Origin: Geotalea uraniireducens Rf4
GTDB taxonomy: Bacteria; Desulfobacterota; Desulfuromonadia; Geobacterales; Geobacteraceae
Direction: 5' to 3'
Assembly: GCF_000016745.1 (NCBI RefSeq)
Contig: NC_009483.1
Coordinates: 2,010,001-2,042,000 of the forward strand
DNA: 32,000 nt
Shown: piece by piece, positions 9,236-18,036 of the stretch
Layout of the letters: each line of letters opens with the position of its first letter
Numbering within the stretch: the first letter of the stretch is position 1
Program-made: the position numbers and the translations under genes
The notes under the pieces: generated by a model
Seen by the model: only the letters and a program-made list of their open reading frames with translations
The model's database searches: none
What the model was told of the DNA's origin: nothing

Positions 9236-10861
9236 ATGAAGGTTATCGTTACTGACGAGGTGGCTCAGGAAGGGTTGGAACTGCTCAAGCAGGACCCGCG
9301 GGTGGAGCTTGACATTCGTCTCGGTTTGAAAAAAGAGGAGTTGCTGGCAATAATCGGTGATTACGAGGTCATCATCACGAGAAGCGGCACCACCGTGGAC
9401 AAGGACCTGCTCGATGCCGGGAAGAAGCTGAAAATGGTGGCCAGGGCCGGTGTCGGTATCGACAACGTGGACATCGACTATGCCAGTTCAAAGGGTGTGA
9501 TCGTCGTCAATGCGCCTTTCGGCAACACCAACAGCGCAGCGGAGCATGCCATGGCTCTCCTGTTGTCTTTCTGCCGCAATATCACCAAGGCCAACGCCAG
9601 CCTGAAGAGCGGCGAATGGAAGCGTGCCCCCTTTACCGGCGTCGAGCTGAAGGGGAAGACCGCCGGCGTCATCGGCCTCGGCAAGGTCGGCGGCAGGGTC
9701 GCAACCCGGCTCAAGGCCTTCGAGTGCGACGTGCTCGGCTGCGACCCGTATATCGCCGTCAAGCGTGCCCACGATCTGGGGGTAAAACTCGTATCCCACG
9801 AGGAGATCTACAAGAACTGCGACATCATAACCTTCCACACCCCGCTGAACGAAGAGACGCGCAACATGGTCGGAGAAAAGGAGATCGCCATGATGAAGGA
9901 CGGCGTTATCCTCATCAACGCGGCCCGTGGCGGGATCATCAACGAGCAGGCGCTCCTGAACGCCCTCAAGGGGGGCAAGGTGTTCGGCGCGGCCATGGAC
10001 GTCTGGAGCGAGGAGCCGCCGAAGAGCGAGACGCTCAAAGAACTCATCAGCCAGGACAAACTGGTCGTCACTCCGCATCTGGGGGCCAATACCTTCGAGG
10101 CCCAGATCAACGTGGCGGTCGACGTCTCCAAGGAGATCCTCAACTATCTGGACGAGCAGCCCCTGGAGAACGCGGTCAATATCCCCCGCTTCGACATGGC
10201 GCTCATGGACCAGATGCGGCCGTTCCTCAACCTGATGAGCGTTCTGTGCGATTTCGGCGTCCAGCTGGTGGAGAGCAACCTGGAGAAGGTCACCTTCAGC
10301 TATTCCGGTAACATCGCCCATTACGACTGCTCGCCACTGACCGTCTGCGGCCTTTCCGCTCTCCTCAACCGGCGGGTGGACCAGGACGTGAACATGGTCA
10401 ATGCACAGCTGATCGCCGAGCAGATGGGGATCGTGATCGAGGAGAACAAATCGACCCAGACCGGCGCCTTCTCCAACCTCGTCACCCTTATCATCGAAGG
10501 GGAGGGTGGGAAACGGCGGCTCATCTCCGGCACCCTGTTCGAGGGGGCGCCGCGCATCGTGCGCCTCAGGGATTACTCCATGGATTTCGCCCCCGCTGAG
10601 CACATGCTCCTCCTGAACTACGAGGACCGCCCCGGCATGATCGGCAAAATCGGCACCATCATGGGCGCCCACAGCATCAACATCGCCTCCATGAACCTGG
10701 GGCGCCGGGAAGAGAAGGGGGAGGCGATGGTCATCCTCTCCCTCGATTCCGCCGTGCCGCTGGAGGTGATGGAAGAGGTCAGGATAGCCACCGAAGCCAC
10801 TTTTATCCGGGCGATCCACATGCGTGGAGCCGGCAAATGCGAGCGGGGGTGCTGTGTTTAG
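9236..10861 (+). CDS. serA: D-3-phosphoglycerate dehydrogenase, long form with C-terminal ASB/ACT domains
   Basis: Motifs are GVGIDNVD, the NAD-binding GKTAGVIGLGKVGG, NAARGG and TPHLGA. An ACT-like tail follows (HMLLLNYEDRPGMIGKIGTIMG). GAAGGAG lies 5 nt before ATG 9236; the ORF track start at 9230 is a GTG. Confidence 0.92.
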   Translation: MKVIVTDEVAQEGLELLKQDPRVELDIRLGLKKEELLAIIGDYEVIITRSGTTVDKDLLDAGKKLKMVARAGVGIDNVDIDYASSKGVIVVNAPFGNTNSAAEHAMALLLSFCRNITKANASLKSGEWKRAPFTGVELKGKTAGVIGLGKVGGRVATRLKAFECDVLGCDPYIAVKRAHDLGVKLVSHEEIYKNCDIITFHTPLNEETRNMVGEKEIAMMKDGVILINAARGGIINEQALLNALKGGKVFGAAMDVWSEEPPKSETLKELISQDKLVVTPHLGANTFEAQINVAVDVSKEILNYLDEQPLENAVNIPRFDMALMDQMRPFLNLMSVLCDFGVQLVESNLEKVTFSYSGNIAHYDCSPLTVCGLSALLNRRVDQDVNMVNAQLIAEQMGIVIEENKSTQTGAFSNLVTLIIEGEGGKRRLISGTLFEGAPRIVRLRDYSMDFAPAEHMLLLNYEDRPGMIGKIGTIMGAHSINIASMNLGRREEKGEAMVILSLDSAVPLEVMEEVRIATEATFIRAIHMRGAGKCERGCCV

Positions 10862-10864
10862 AAA

Positions 10865-10927
10865 GGCGGTCGGCGGTCGATGGTCGATGGTCGATGGTGA
10901 GAAGTGAGAAGTGAGAAGTGAGAAGTA
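10865..10927. repeat. nine contiguous heptads in three unit types downstream of serA
   Basis: The heptads are ggcggtc x2, gatggtc x2, gatggtg, agaagtg x3 and agaagta. The ggcggtc unit is shared with 8408-8428. Confidence 0.9.
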
Positions 10928-10964
10928 AAAGGCCCCGGCGGATGGTTCCGTCGGGGCCTTTTTT
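10927..10964. terminator. bidirectional intrinsic terminator between convergent serA and the DAHP synthase gene
   Basis: The stem is ggccccggcgg (10931-10941) pairing with ccgtcggggcc (10948-10958), with one G-U pair. It is flanked by aaaa on the left and tttttt on the right. Confidence 0.8.
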
Positions 10965-10986
10965 GTCTGCATATTTTCGGATGGGA

Positions 10987-12051
10987 TTATGCCGATTTCC
11001 TGCCGCCGCAGGCCTTGAGGCTGGCGTGGGCCTTGCGCATGATGGCTTCGGTGGTCTGCCAGTCGATGCACTTGTCGGTTATGGAAACCCCGTACTTGAG
11101 CTGGGAAATATCCTTCGGCATCGGCTGGTTTCCCCCCTCCAGGTAGCTCTCGATCATGACGCTTGATATGGAGCGGTTGCCCGCAGCGATCTGCTCGATA
11201 ACGTTTTCCAGAACCAGCGGCTGCTTTTCGTGGTTCTTCTCGGAGTTGCCGTGGCTGCAATCGACCATGATGGTAGGGGATAGCCCGGCCTTTCCCAGCT
11301 TCTCCTCGGTGAGGGCGATATCTTCCGGGTAATAGTTGGGCTTCTTGCCGCCCCTGAGGACCATGTGAACATCAGGATTGCCGGTGGTCTGGACGATGGA
11401 GGTGAGACCTTCGCGGTTGATCCCCAGGAAGCTGTGGGAATGCTGGGCCGCGATCATGGCATCGATGGCGATCTGCAGGTTGCCGTCCGTGCCGTTCTTG
11501 AAGCCGATGGGGAAAGAAAGACCGCTTGCCAGCTCCCGGTGGGTCTGGGATTCGGTGGTGCGGGCGCCGATCGCCCCCCAGGAGAGGTGATCCGCCAGGT
11601 ATTCGGGGGTAATGGGGTCGAGCATCTCGGTGGCTATCGGGAGCTTCATGGCCGTGATCTCGCTCAGGAGCCGCCGGGCGATTCCCAGCCCCTTGGAGAT
11701 GAGATGGGTGCCGTTCATGTCCGGATCGTTGATCAACCCCTTCCAGCCGACGGTTGTGCGAGGTTTTTCGAAGTAGACACGCATGACCAGGAGCAGCTGG
11801 TCGGAAACTTCTTTGGATAGCCTTGCCAGGCGTTCCGCATACTCCAGCGCGCCTTTCGGATCGTGGATGGAGCAGGGGCCGACCACCACCATCAGTCGCG
11901 GGTCTTTCCCCTTCAGGATGTTTTTGATATTTTCACGGCTGGCGCTGACGCATTCGCTTGCTTCCGCGGAAATGGGGAATACCTGACGCAGGTCGGTAGG
12001 GGCGATAATCGGGGTGATGCTCTTGATTTTCAGATTATTGGTCTTGATCAT
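10987..12051 (-). CDS. aroG: 3-deoxy-7-phosphoheptulonate (DAHP) synthase, class I (AroF/G/H type)
   Basis: MIKTNNLKI... is followed by DPRLMVVVGPCSIHD, KPRTTVGWKGLINDP, IGARTTESQ and FKNGTDG, ending in CSHGNS. The internal ATG at 12051 has an AGGAA RBS. The ORF track's 51 upstream codons overlap the intergenic promoter. Confidence 0.9.
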   Translation of the reverse strand: MIKTNNLKIKSITPIIAPTDLRQVFPISAEASECVSASRENIKNILKGKDPRLMVVVGPCSIHDPKGALEYAERLARLSKEVSDQLLLVMRVYFEKPRTTVGWKGLINDPDMNGTHLISKGLGIARRLLSEITAMKLPIATEMLDPITPEYLADHLSWGAIGARTTESQTHRELASGLSFPIGFKNGTDGNLQIAIDAMIAAQHSHSFLGINREGLTSIVQTTGNPDVHMVLRGGKKPNYYPEDIALTEEKLGKAGLSPTIMVDCSHGNSEKNHEKQPLVLENVIEQIAAGNRSISSVMIESYLEGGNQPMPKDISQLKYGVSITDKCIDWQTTEAIMRKAHASLKACGGRKSA

Positions 12052-12096
12052 TGTTCCTGATTTCCTTGTCATCCGGCGAGTAGTGACAGCTGCGGT

Positions 12097-12125
12097 ACTG
12101 TAGCCTTTTTGAAAGAGAATGTCAA
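12097..12125 (-). promoter_or_regulatory. candidate sigma70 promoter for the DAHP synthase gene
   Basis: On the minus strand, TTGACA (12125-12120) is followed by a 17-nt spacer and TACAGT (12102-12097), about 45 nt upstream of ATG 12051. Confidence 0.45.
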
Positions 12126-12154
12126 CGAAATCGCAAGGATGGGTGGGGTGGCGG

Positions 12155-12745
12155 TCAGTCGAAGCGCAGTGTTTCAAAGGTCGTCGTTTCCGCTCCTGCT
12201 GCATTTATTTCCGCCAGCGCCCGTTCCGAGTCCCCCGGTTTGAGGTCCACCCCGCGCACCGCATCCGTAAGGACGGTTACGGCAAACCCCTGCCGGAGCC
12301 CTTCCAGAGATGATTCCTTGACGCAGTAGTCGGTGGTAAGTCCGCCGATAAAGATTCTATGTATCCCCAGTTTCCTTAAAACCTCGGGCAGCGGAGTGCC
12401 ATTGGCGTCGGCGCCGTGAAGGGCCGAATAATCGTCGCGAGTGGGGTCCATCCCCTTGGAGATGATGATAACATCGTCCGGCAGCATGAGCGCCGGGTGA
12501 AATTGCGCACCTTTGCTCCCCTGGACGCAATGGACCGGCCAGATGCCGCCGAATGCCTCGAAGTGCGAGGTCTTTTCCGGGTGCCAGTCGCGGGTGGCAA
12601 AGACGGGAAGCCCCTCTTTGCGGAAACGTTCGATGTAGCGGTTCAGAACCGGCACGACCTCGTCGCCCCTTGACACAGACAGTGCGCCGCCGGGGCAGAA
12701 GTCGATCTGGATGTCGACTACCAGGAGAGCGGATTTTTTTGTCAT
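12155..12745 (-). CDS. pncA: nicotinamidase / isochorismatase-family hydrolase
   Basis: MTKKSALLVVDIQIDFCPGGALSV is a PncA-type N-terminus with the catalytic Asp. RDWHP is present, and the catalytic Cys lies in GGLTTDYCV. The AGGAA RBS favours ATG 12745 over 12769. Confidence 0.8.
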   Translation of the reverse strand: MTKKSALLVVDIQIDFCPGGALSVSRGDEVVPVLNRYIERFRKEGLPVFATRDWHPEKTSHFEAFGGIWPVHCVQGSKGAQFHPALMLPDDVIIISKGMDPTRDDYSALHGADANGTPLPEVLRKLGIHRIFIGGLTTDYCVKESSLEGLRQGFAVTVLTDAVRGVDLKPGDSERALAEINAAGAETTTFETLRFD

Positions 12746-12873
12746 GATATTGTTCCTTATTAATAGCATCTATGGTTGAGAAGTAAGTACCGCCTTGATT
12801 TCATCCTTGATTTGAAATTGGAATAAGACCACGAGTTCCTTGCATGCTTAAATTGTATTAGACAAATCGATGT

Positions 12874-13026
12874 ATGGCAACCCGTGTGAGGACGAAGTCA
12901 AAAAGCAACGGTCGCTATTTCGGCACGACCGCGCAGCTTTGGATTAACTATGATCTTGAGGTAGCGCGTGATGCTATTGCAGATAAGCTGGAAGCTGAAA
13001 TTAAGCCGTTGAAGAGAGCGGCGTAA
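12874..13026 (+). pseudogene. C-terminal remnant of a HigA-like (XRE HTH) antitoxin
   Basis: The 50-codon ORF reads MATRVRTKSKSNGRYFGTTAQLWINYDLEVARDAIADKLEAEIKPLKRAA. GRYFGT(T/S)AQ(L/F)W(I/L)N...YDLEVAR is the typical end of HigA helix-turn-helix antitoxins. The N-terminal HTH helices are missing and no HigB partner is present. Confidence 0.45.
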
Positions 13027-13044
13027 TGCCCTTCTCTTCTTAAA

Positions 13045-13072
13045 GCATCCCGCCCGAGTACGGGCGGGATGC
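13045..13072. terminator. perfect 12-bp stem-loop downstream of the minus-strand lipoprotein gene
   Basis: The stem is gcatcccgcccg (13045-13056), loop agta, cgggcgggatgc (13061-13072). The U-tracts are weak on both strands. Confidence 0.5.
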
Positions 13073-13098
13073 CCTGCAGAAAACTTTTCACATTTATC

Positions 13099-14911
13099 CT
13101 ACTGGAACATCCAAGCCGTTCCCACATTCCTTCCGAAAATATCCGTTGCAGTTATGTTTAAGGTGCCAGTGCCTGTCGTTGGAGCAGTGGTTGGTCCCTG
13201 CATCCGCATGGTCATGGAAGTCCTGTTCAGGGGGAGGGTCTGGATTGCCTCGTTGCTGAAAGTACTGCTCGATATGTTGAAATCCGCCGTCATCATTGCA
13301 AAAGGCAAGGCCGTGGGCGTGGTGTAGGTAAAGTTCATGGACATCATCCCGCCCATCATGCCGCCCATCATGTTATTCATCATCGTTGAGAACGAGTGGG
13401 TATTCAAGTTCCCCGCGGGGGTCACGATGGGGAAAACTCCGCTTGTGCCCGCAGCCTCTGCCCTGGTTAAGCAGCGCTTCGGGTATATCATGGTTCGTTG
13501 TTCCATCGGGTTGTTGCGTGGGGGCAACGAACTGTAAAAAGAGAATATAACCGGAGCATTGTCCGGTAGGGAGGATATCGTTGCATCAGGCATCGTGAAA
13601 AATGTCGATTCCATGGTGGGTAACGAGTTGTTTGACGCAGACATCACGAATAGTATCGGATTGCCGGGTTCTTTGATGAACATGACGCCTCCTGGTGAGG
13701 GTAAACCCGGTCCGGTTGCCACGGCGGATTTGAAGGCATTCTCCACATCCATCATGTCAAAAATCAGGCCGGCTTCCGTTTGCGAGGTGGTCGCGGTAAT
13801 CTGCCACTGCTGTGTCAGCATATTGTTGAACAATAATGACCGATGGCCGTTCCCCTTGAACTGCCAGGCATTGGAGGCGTTTTTCGCCACAACCATCTCG
13901 TCGGAAAAGGTCATATTGGACATGGTCATTGAGCCGTCACTGAAGCGCACAAAGAATGAGATCTTGTAGCCTCCGACCGGGGAATTGCCGACAAAGGTCA
14001 CATTCGACATTTGCGTAATGGTGCCCTGGGCAATTAATGTGGGTACGCTAAGCTGGAGAAGGGTCATTACTTGGAATGCGGTCATTCCGCCATTGATGCC
14101 GAAGCCGGGGTCGGCAACAAAGAAAGGGGTCAAATCGGCAATGGTCATATTTGCCCCCTTGTTCAGGACAGTCCCCATGTTGTTCAGCATGGCGCCGATA
14201 TTTTGCAGGTCGGTGGGAACCGCCGTCGATGGGATCTGGGTGATCGGTTGCGTCGGTGTAGCCATCTGGCTCATCAGGGCGGAACCGATTGTGATCCCGG
14301 ACGTCCCCGACGTCTTGTCGAACACCGACATGGTCCCCGCCGAGGTGTTGATCGGCATCTGGACCACATCGAAGACCGCATCAAGTCCCGTATGATTGGC
14401 AGCGTAACCGGGTTCATGCCGGTCGCGTTGAAGGCTGTCAGAATCGGGGCCATCATCGTTTGCATGTCGGCAACAGCCTTGTTGAAGGTGGCGTTGGTTA
14501 TTTTGGGGGCATTGGTAACAGGGTCGGCAAAGACCAGAGCCGGGTCGTTGACCCCCGCCGCGGCTGCGACCACGATGCTTGACATGGGATTGATGTTGGC
14601 TGTCCCTGTCCCCATGGCCACTGAGAACATGGTGATGCTCGTTCCCCCTGTAGTTCCGTCAGCCTTGAGGATGAACGGAGGAGTCATGCCGGAAACGTTA
14701 AAAGCGAAGCTTCCATCCGGGTTAAGTTTCAAGGGAGAACCGGCTGCCGCCGTTCCTTTCGCATCAACCATGGGATTAGTGGTGATCCTGACGCTGTAAC
14801 ACCCGAAACCGTAGGAGCACCGCCTCCGCCACCACCGCCACAACCGTTGAAAGCAAATACGACTACCGCCAGGATCAGATAGACTGTTAGTGAGATTTTG
14901 TTTGATTTCAT
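13099..14911 (-). pseudogene. large Met/Thr/Asn-rich lipoprotein gene interrupted by two frameshifts
   Basis: Three abutting minus-strand ORFs lie in three different frames. The first (14911-14729) encodes a lipoprotein signal peptide, MKSNKISLTVYLILAVVVFAFNGC followed by a Gly7 linker. The second is the informative part of 14969-14274 (MVDAKGTAAAGSPLKLNPDGSFAFNVSGMTPPFILKADG...). The third is 14367-13099, whose frame stays open upstream through ...AANHTGLDAVFDVVQMPINTS. The middle and last ORFs have no signal peptide or RBS of their own. Confidence 0.55.
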
Positions 14912-15326
14912 GCCATTCTCCTTTTGTTGGGTTAAATGTCGATAATCGGTTAACAGCTCCTTTCTTCACCCGGCAAATAAAAAGGCCGGGTTATACGCAT
15001 GCAACCATACAAATGGTCACAAACGGCAACCCGGCCAACTTGGAGAATAACATCTTGTGGAGAAACTATATTAACAAGGGAAAGCAGATTCAATGACAGA
15101 CGGAGTCAATTCATTGGAATTCATTGGAACCCAAGTCCCGTTGGCTTTCCGTCCCCTGATTGCTCAAGGTTTGGCATTTCAAGTCTACTGCAATAAATCC
15201 CAGTTACAACCAGCGATTCCGGTCAGGAACAGGCACGTGGCGGCAGGTCGGTAGCGCCCGCGTATTCTGCAGCCTTGAAAGGAGACCAGGGGGCAAGGCG
15301 GTTGGGCCATGCTGCGAATGGTTTTA

Positions 15327-15354
15327 TTGACACGTAAACCTGTAATGTTAAAGT
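15327..15354 (+). promoter_or_regulatory. candidate sigma70 promoter for the amylase-family gene
   Basis: TTGACA at 15327-15332, a 16-nt spacer, then TAAAGT at 15349-15354, about 75 nt upstream of ATG 15431. Confidence 0.4.
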
Positions 15355-15430
15355 GTATTCATGCTGATGCCGGACACCTCTGCAGCAAATTCTGTTTGAA
15401 GGCAACATACATATCAGGGGGTAACCGTTC

Positions 15431-17290
15431 ATGGATCGAGTGAGCGACATCGATTTCGCGGCACTTTGCGCCGGCAGGAAGTTTCAACCGTCACCACTTG
15501 CGTGGGAAGACCAGGTGCTTTACTTCCTGCTCCTTGACCGCTTTTCCGATGACAAGGAACAGGGGTACAGGGGAAACGACGGGGAGCCGGTCACGGGCGG
15601 CCACACCCTGCCATACGACCCGGCGGTCGACAACGGAAACGCCGTGGCCACCCCGGACAATGCGGCTGTCTGGCGGGATGCGGGGGGGAAATGGTGCCAC
15701 GGCAATCTGCGGGGCCTCACCGGCAAGATCGGCTACCTGAAGCGGATGGGAGTGACCGCCATCTGGCTCAGCCCGATCTTCAAGCAGGTTTCCTTCCAGC
15801 CGACCTATCACGGCTACGGCATCCAGGATTTTCTTTCCGTGGACCCGCATTTCGGGAGCGTTGCAGATCTCGGGAAGATGGTGCGGACCGCCCACGCCAA
15901 TGGCATCTACGTCATTCTCGACATCATTCTCAACCACAGCGGCAATGTCTTTACCTATGCCGTGGAGAACGGTGAGCCCCCCTGGCGCGGGGGAACCTAT
16001 CCGGTGGTGGGGTTCAACAACGAGCAGGGGGCGGCAAGCCTCCCGTTTCAGGACTATGAGCAGAATCCGATGCCAGTGGGGAAGGATGACGCGGTCTGGC
16101 CCGGGGAATTCCAGAATCCCGCCTGCTTTACCCAAAAGGGGCGGATCAGGAGTTGGGACTACGACCCTGAGTTCAGGGAAGGGGACTTCTTCGACCTGAA
16201 GGACATCAACCACGGCTACGGTCCCGACGCCGGTTACACTCCCTCCCCGGCGCTGCTCAACCTCTGCGAGATCTACAAGTACTGGATCGCCGCTGCCGAC
16301 ATCGACGGCTACCGCATCGACACGGTTAAGCACATGGACATCGGCGCAACGCGCTTCTTCGTCTCGGCCATCAAGGAGTTTGCCCAGACCATCGGCAAGG
16401 AAAACTTCTTGCTGGTGGGGGAGATCACCGGCGGCAGGGAGCGGGCCTTCGACACCCTGGAGGAGACCGGTCTGGACGCGGCGCTGGGCATCGACGACGT
16501 GCAGCTCAAGCTGGAAGGGCTGATGAAGGGGGAGAACAATCCTGAGGAGTACTTCAACCTGTTCCGCAACTCGCTTCTGGTGCGAAAAGACTCCCACGTC
16601 TGGTTCAAGGACAAGGTAGTGACCATGATCAACGACCACGATCAGGTCTGCAAGGGAGAGCACAAGGCGCGCTTCTGCGCGGCGGGCGACGGGAGCAAGC
16701 TGGCCCTCGGAGCCCTGGCCCTGAACGCCATGACCATCGGCATCCCCTGCATCTACTACGGCACCGAGCAGCGCTTCGACGGCCGGGGCGACTGGGACGG
16801 GGCGGACCGCTACATCCGCGAGACCATGTTCGGCGGCTCCTTTGGCGCCTTCCGGTCAAAAGAGCGTCATTTCTTCGACGAGAGCGGTGATCTGTTCCGC
16901 GAGCTGGCTGACATCCTGAAGCTCAGGGAAGAAAAGCTCGTGCTGCGCCGGGGACGCCAGTACCTGCGGGAGATCTCCGGCGACGGGGTCAATTTTGACC
17001 TCCCGAGAATCATGGGGGGGCGGATGCTGTCGGTGGTGGCCTGGTCGAGGATTCTCGACAAGACGGAGATGGTGCTTGCCGTCAATACCGATCCGGATAA
17101 CGCGCACAAGGCCTGGGTGCTGATGGATGCCGGGCTTCATCCGGCGGGGAGCAGCTTGAAGTGTGTCTATTCGACGCAGCACGGGGATGAGGGGGCGCTG
17201 GTGCTGACGGTGCAGCGGAAGGGGGCTGCGGGCGATATTGCTGCGGTTGAGTTGGATGTGCCTGCGGCGGGATTTGTGGTGTTGGAGTAG
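15431..17290 (+). CDS. alpha-amylase family glycoside hydrolase (GH13)
   Basis: The GH13 conserved regions are present: ILDIILNHSG, GYRIDTVKHM, LLVGEITGG and the MINDHDQ-type region. AIWLSPIFKQ and HGYGIQDF are also present. Confidence 0.9.
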   Translation: MDRVSDIDFAALCAGRKFQPSPLAWEDQVLYFLLLDRFSDDKEQGYRGNDGEPVTGGHTLPYDPAVDNGNAVATPDNAAVWRDAGGKWCHGNLRGLTGKIGYLKRMGVTAIWLSPIFKQVSFQPTYHGYGIQDFLSVDPHFGSVADLGKMVRTAHANGIYVILDIILNHSGNVFTYAVENGEPPWRGGTYPVVGFNNEQGAASLPFQDYEQNPMPVGKDDAVWPGEFQNPACFTQKGRIRSWDYDPEFREGDFFDLKDINHGYGPDAGYTPSPALLNLCEIYKYWIAAADIDGYRIDTVKHMDIGATRFFVSAIKEFAQTIGKENFLLVGEITGGRERAFDTLEETGLDAALGIDDVQLKLEGLMKGENNPEEYFNLFRNSLLVRKDSHVWFKDKVVTMINDHDQVCKGEHKARFCAAGDGSKLALGALALNAMTIGIPCIYYGTEQRFDGRGDWDGADRYIRETMFGGSFGAFRSKERHFFDESGDLFRELADILKLREEKLVLRRGRQYLREISGDGVNFDLPRIMGGRMLSVVAWSRILDKTEMVLAVNTDPDNAHKAWVLMDAGLHPAGSSLKCVYSTQHGDEGALVLTVQRKGAAGDIAAVELDVPAAGFVVLE

Positions 17291-17352
17291 GGGAAGATTG
17301 GGGACGGCTGGCTATCAGACGCCCCAAGAACCATACGAATGGAGTAAAAGTG

Positions 17353-17985
17353 ATGGCAACCGAGTCCAACATGCAGTCGCTCTTCCAGTGGCTCAAGAAT
17401 CCCAGCTCAATTCTTTCGCTGATCGCCACCATACTATCCATCACTACTTTCATTTTTGTATATGTCGACAAAGGCAAGATTGAGATACTTCTCCCGCATA
17501 ACCTTGGAATCGGCATAACGTCGAATACAAAGAATTTCGATATTCTTGTTTCGGCAGCATATTCAAACACCGGGGCCCCGCGGACTCGGCATCACATACA
17601 ACACATAACAGCCTCAATCAAGTCTTTAGGAAAAACTACGCCACTGGATGGCGAATATAAATGGACTTATGAGCAGCGCTTTGTAGGAGCCGATGAGTAT
17701 CTCTCGAAGCATAAGGAAAGGAAGGATGAAGGGCTCCGAGACTACCTTGACTATGTAAGTCGCGCCGTTCCGTTCACGCTGAAGGGCGGCGAATCCACAG
17801 CAAAGACGATAGAGCTTGAGGGCGCAAAAGGCACCGACCTTTTACTGCCGTCTCGCCTTCAACTCAAATTGACGGTACACGCAAATACTGGGTCTTATGT
17901 GGCTTCCGCAATCTATGTTTGCCCTGCCGTTCCGCCAAAGTTAAAAGAGATAACATACTGCGAGCGACAAGAGAAGAGTGATTAG
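17353..17985 (+). CDS. hypothetical protein with one N-terminal transmembrane helix
   Basis: A clean ORF with GGAG 8 nt before ATG 17353 and a hydrophobic segment ILSLIATILSITTFIFVYV. It is visibly more AT-rich than its neighbours. No recognisable motif was seen. Confidence 0.55.
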   Translation: MATESNMQSLFQWLKNPSSILSLIATILSITTFIFVYVDKGKIEILLPHNLGIGITSNTKNFDILVSAAYSNTGAPRTRHHIQHITASIKSLGKTTPLDGEYKWTYEQRFVGADEYLSKHKERKDEGLRDYLDYVSRAVPFTLKGGESTAKTIELEGAKGTDLLLPSRLQLKLTVHANTGSYVASAIYVCPAVPPKLKEITYCERQEKSD

Positions 17986-18036
17986 GTCACATAGGGGCAT
18001 GCTTCTTCGGCATGGCGGCCGACGCTCCTGATCGGC

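Noticed and set aside
9488-11260. A 590-aa minus-strand ORF antisense to serA. Similar long shadow ORFs occur at 3534-4319, 4817-5626, 7536-8069, 15491-16663, 22457-23128 and 26242-27927.
   Set aside because: Each lies opposite a gene with unmistakable family motifs (serA, trpE, trpD, trpB, GH13, msrA, HD-GYP). Their translations are Arg/Gly/Pro-rich and low in complexity, as is typical of antisense frames in high-GC DNA.
14969-14995. The hairpin cccggc...gccggg upstream of the lipoprotein start, considered as a terminator.
   Set aside because: There is no upstream minus-strand gene for it to terminate, and the stem is only 6 bp with no U-tract. It is probably incidental 5'-UTR structure.
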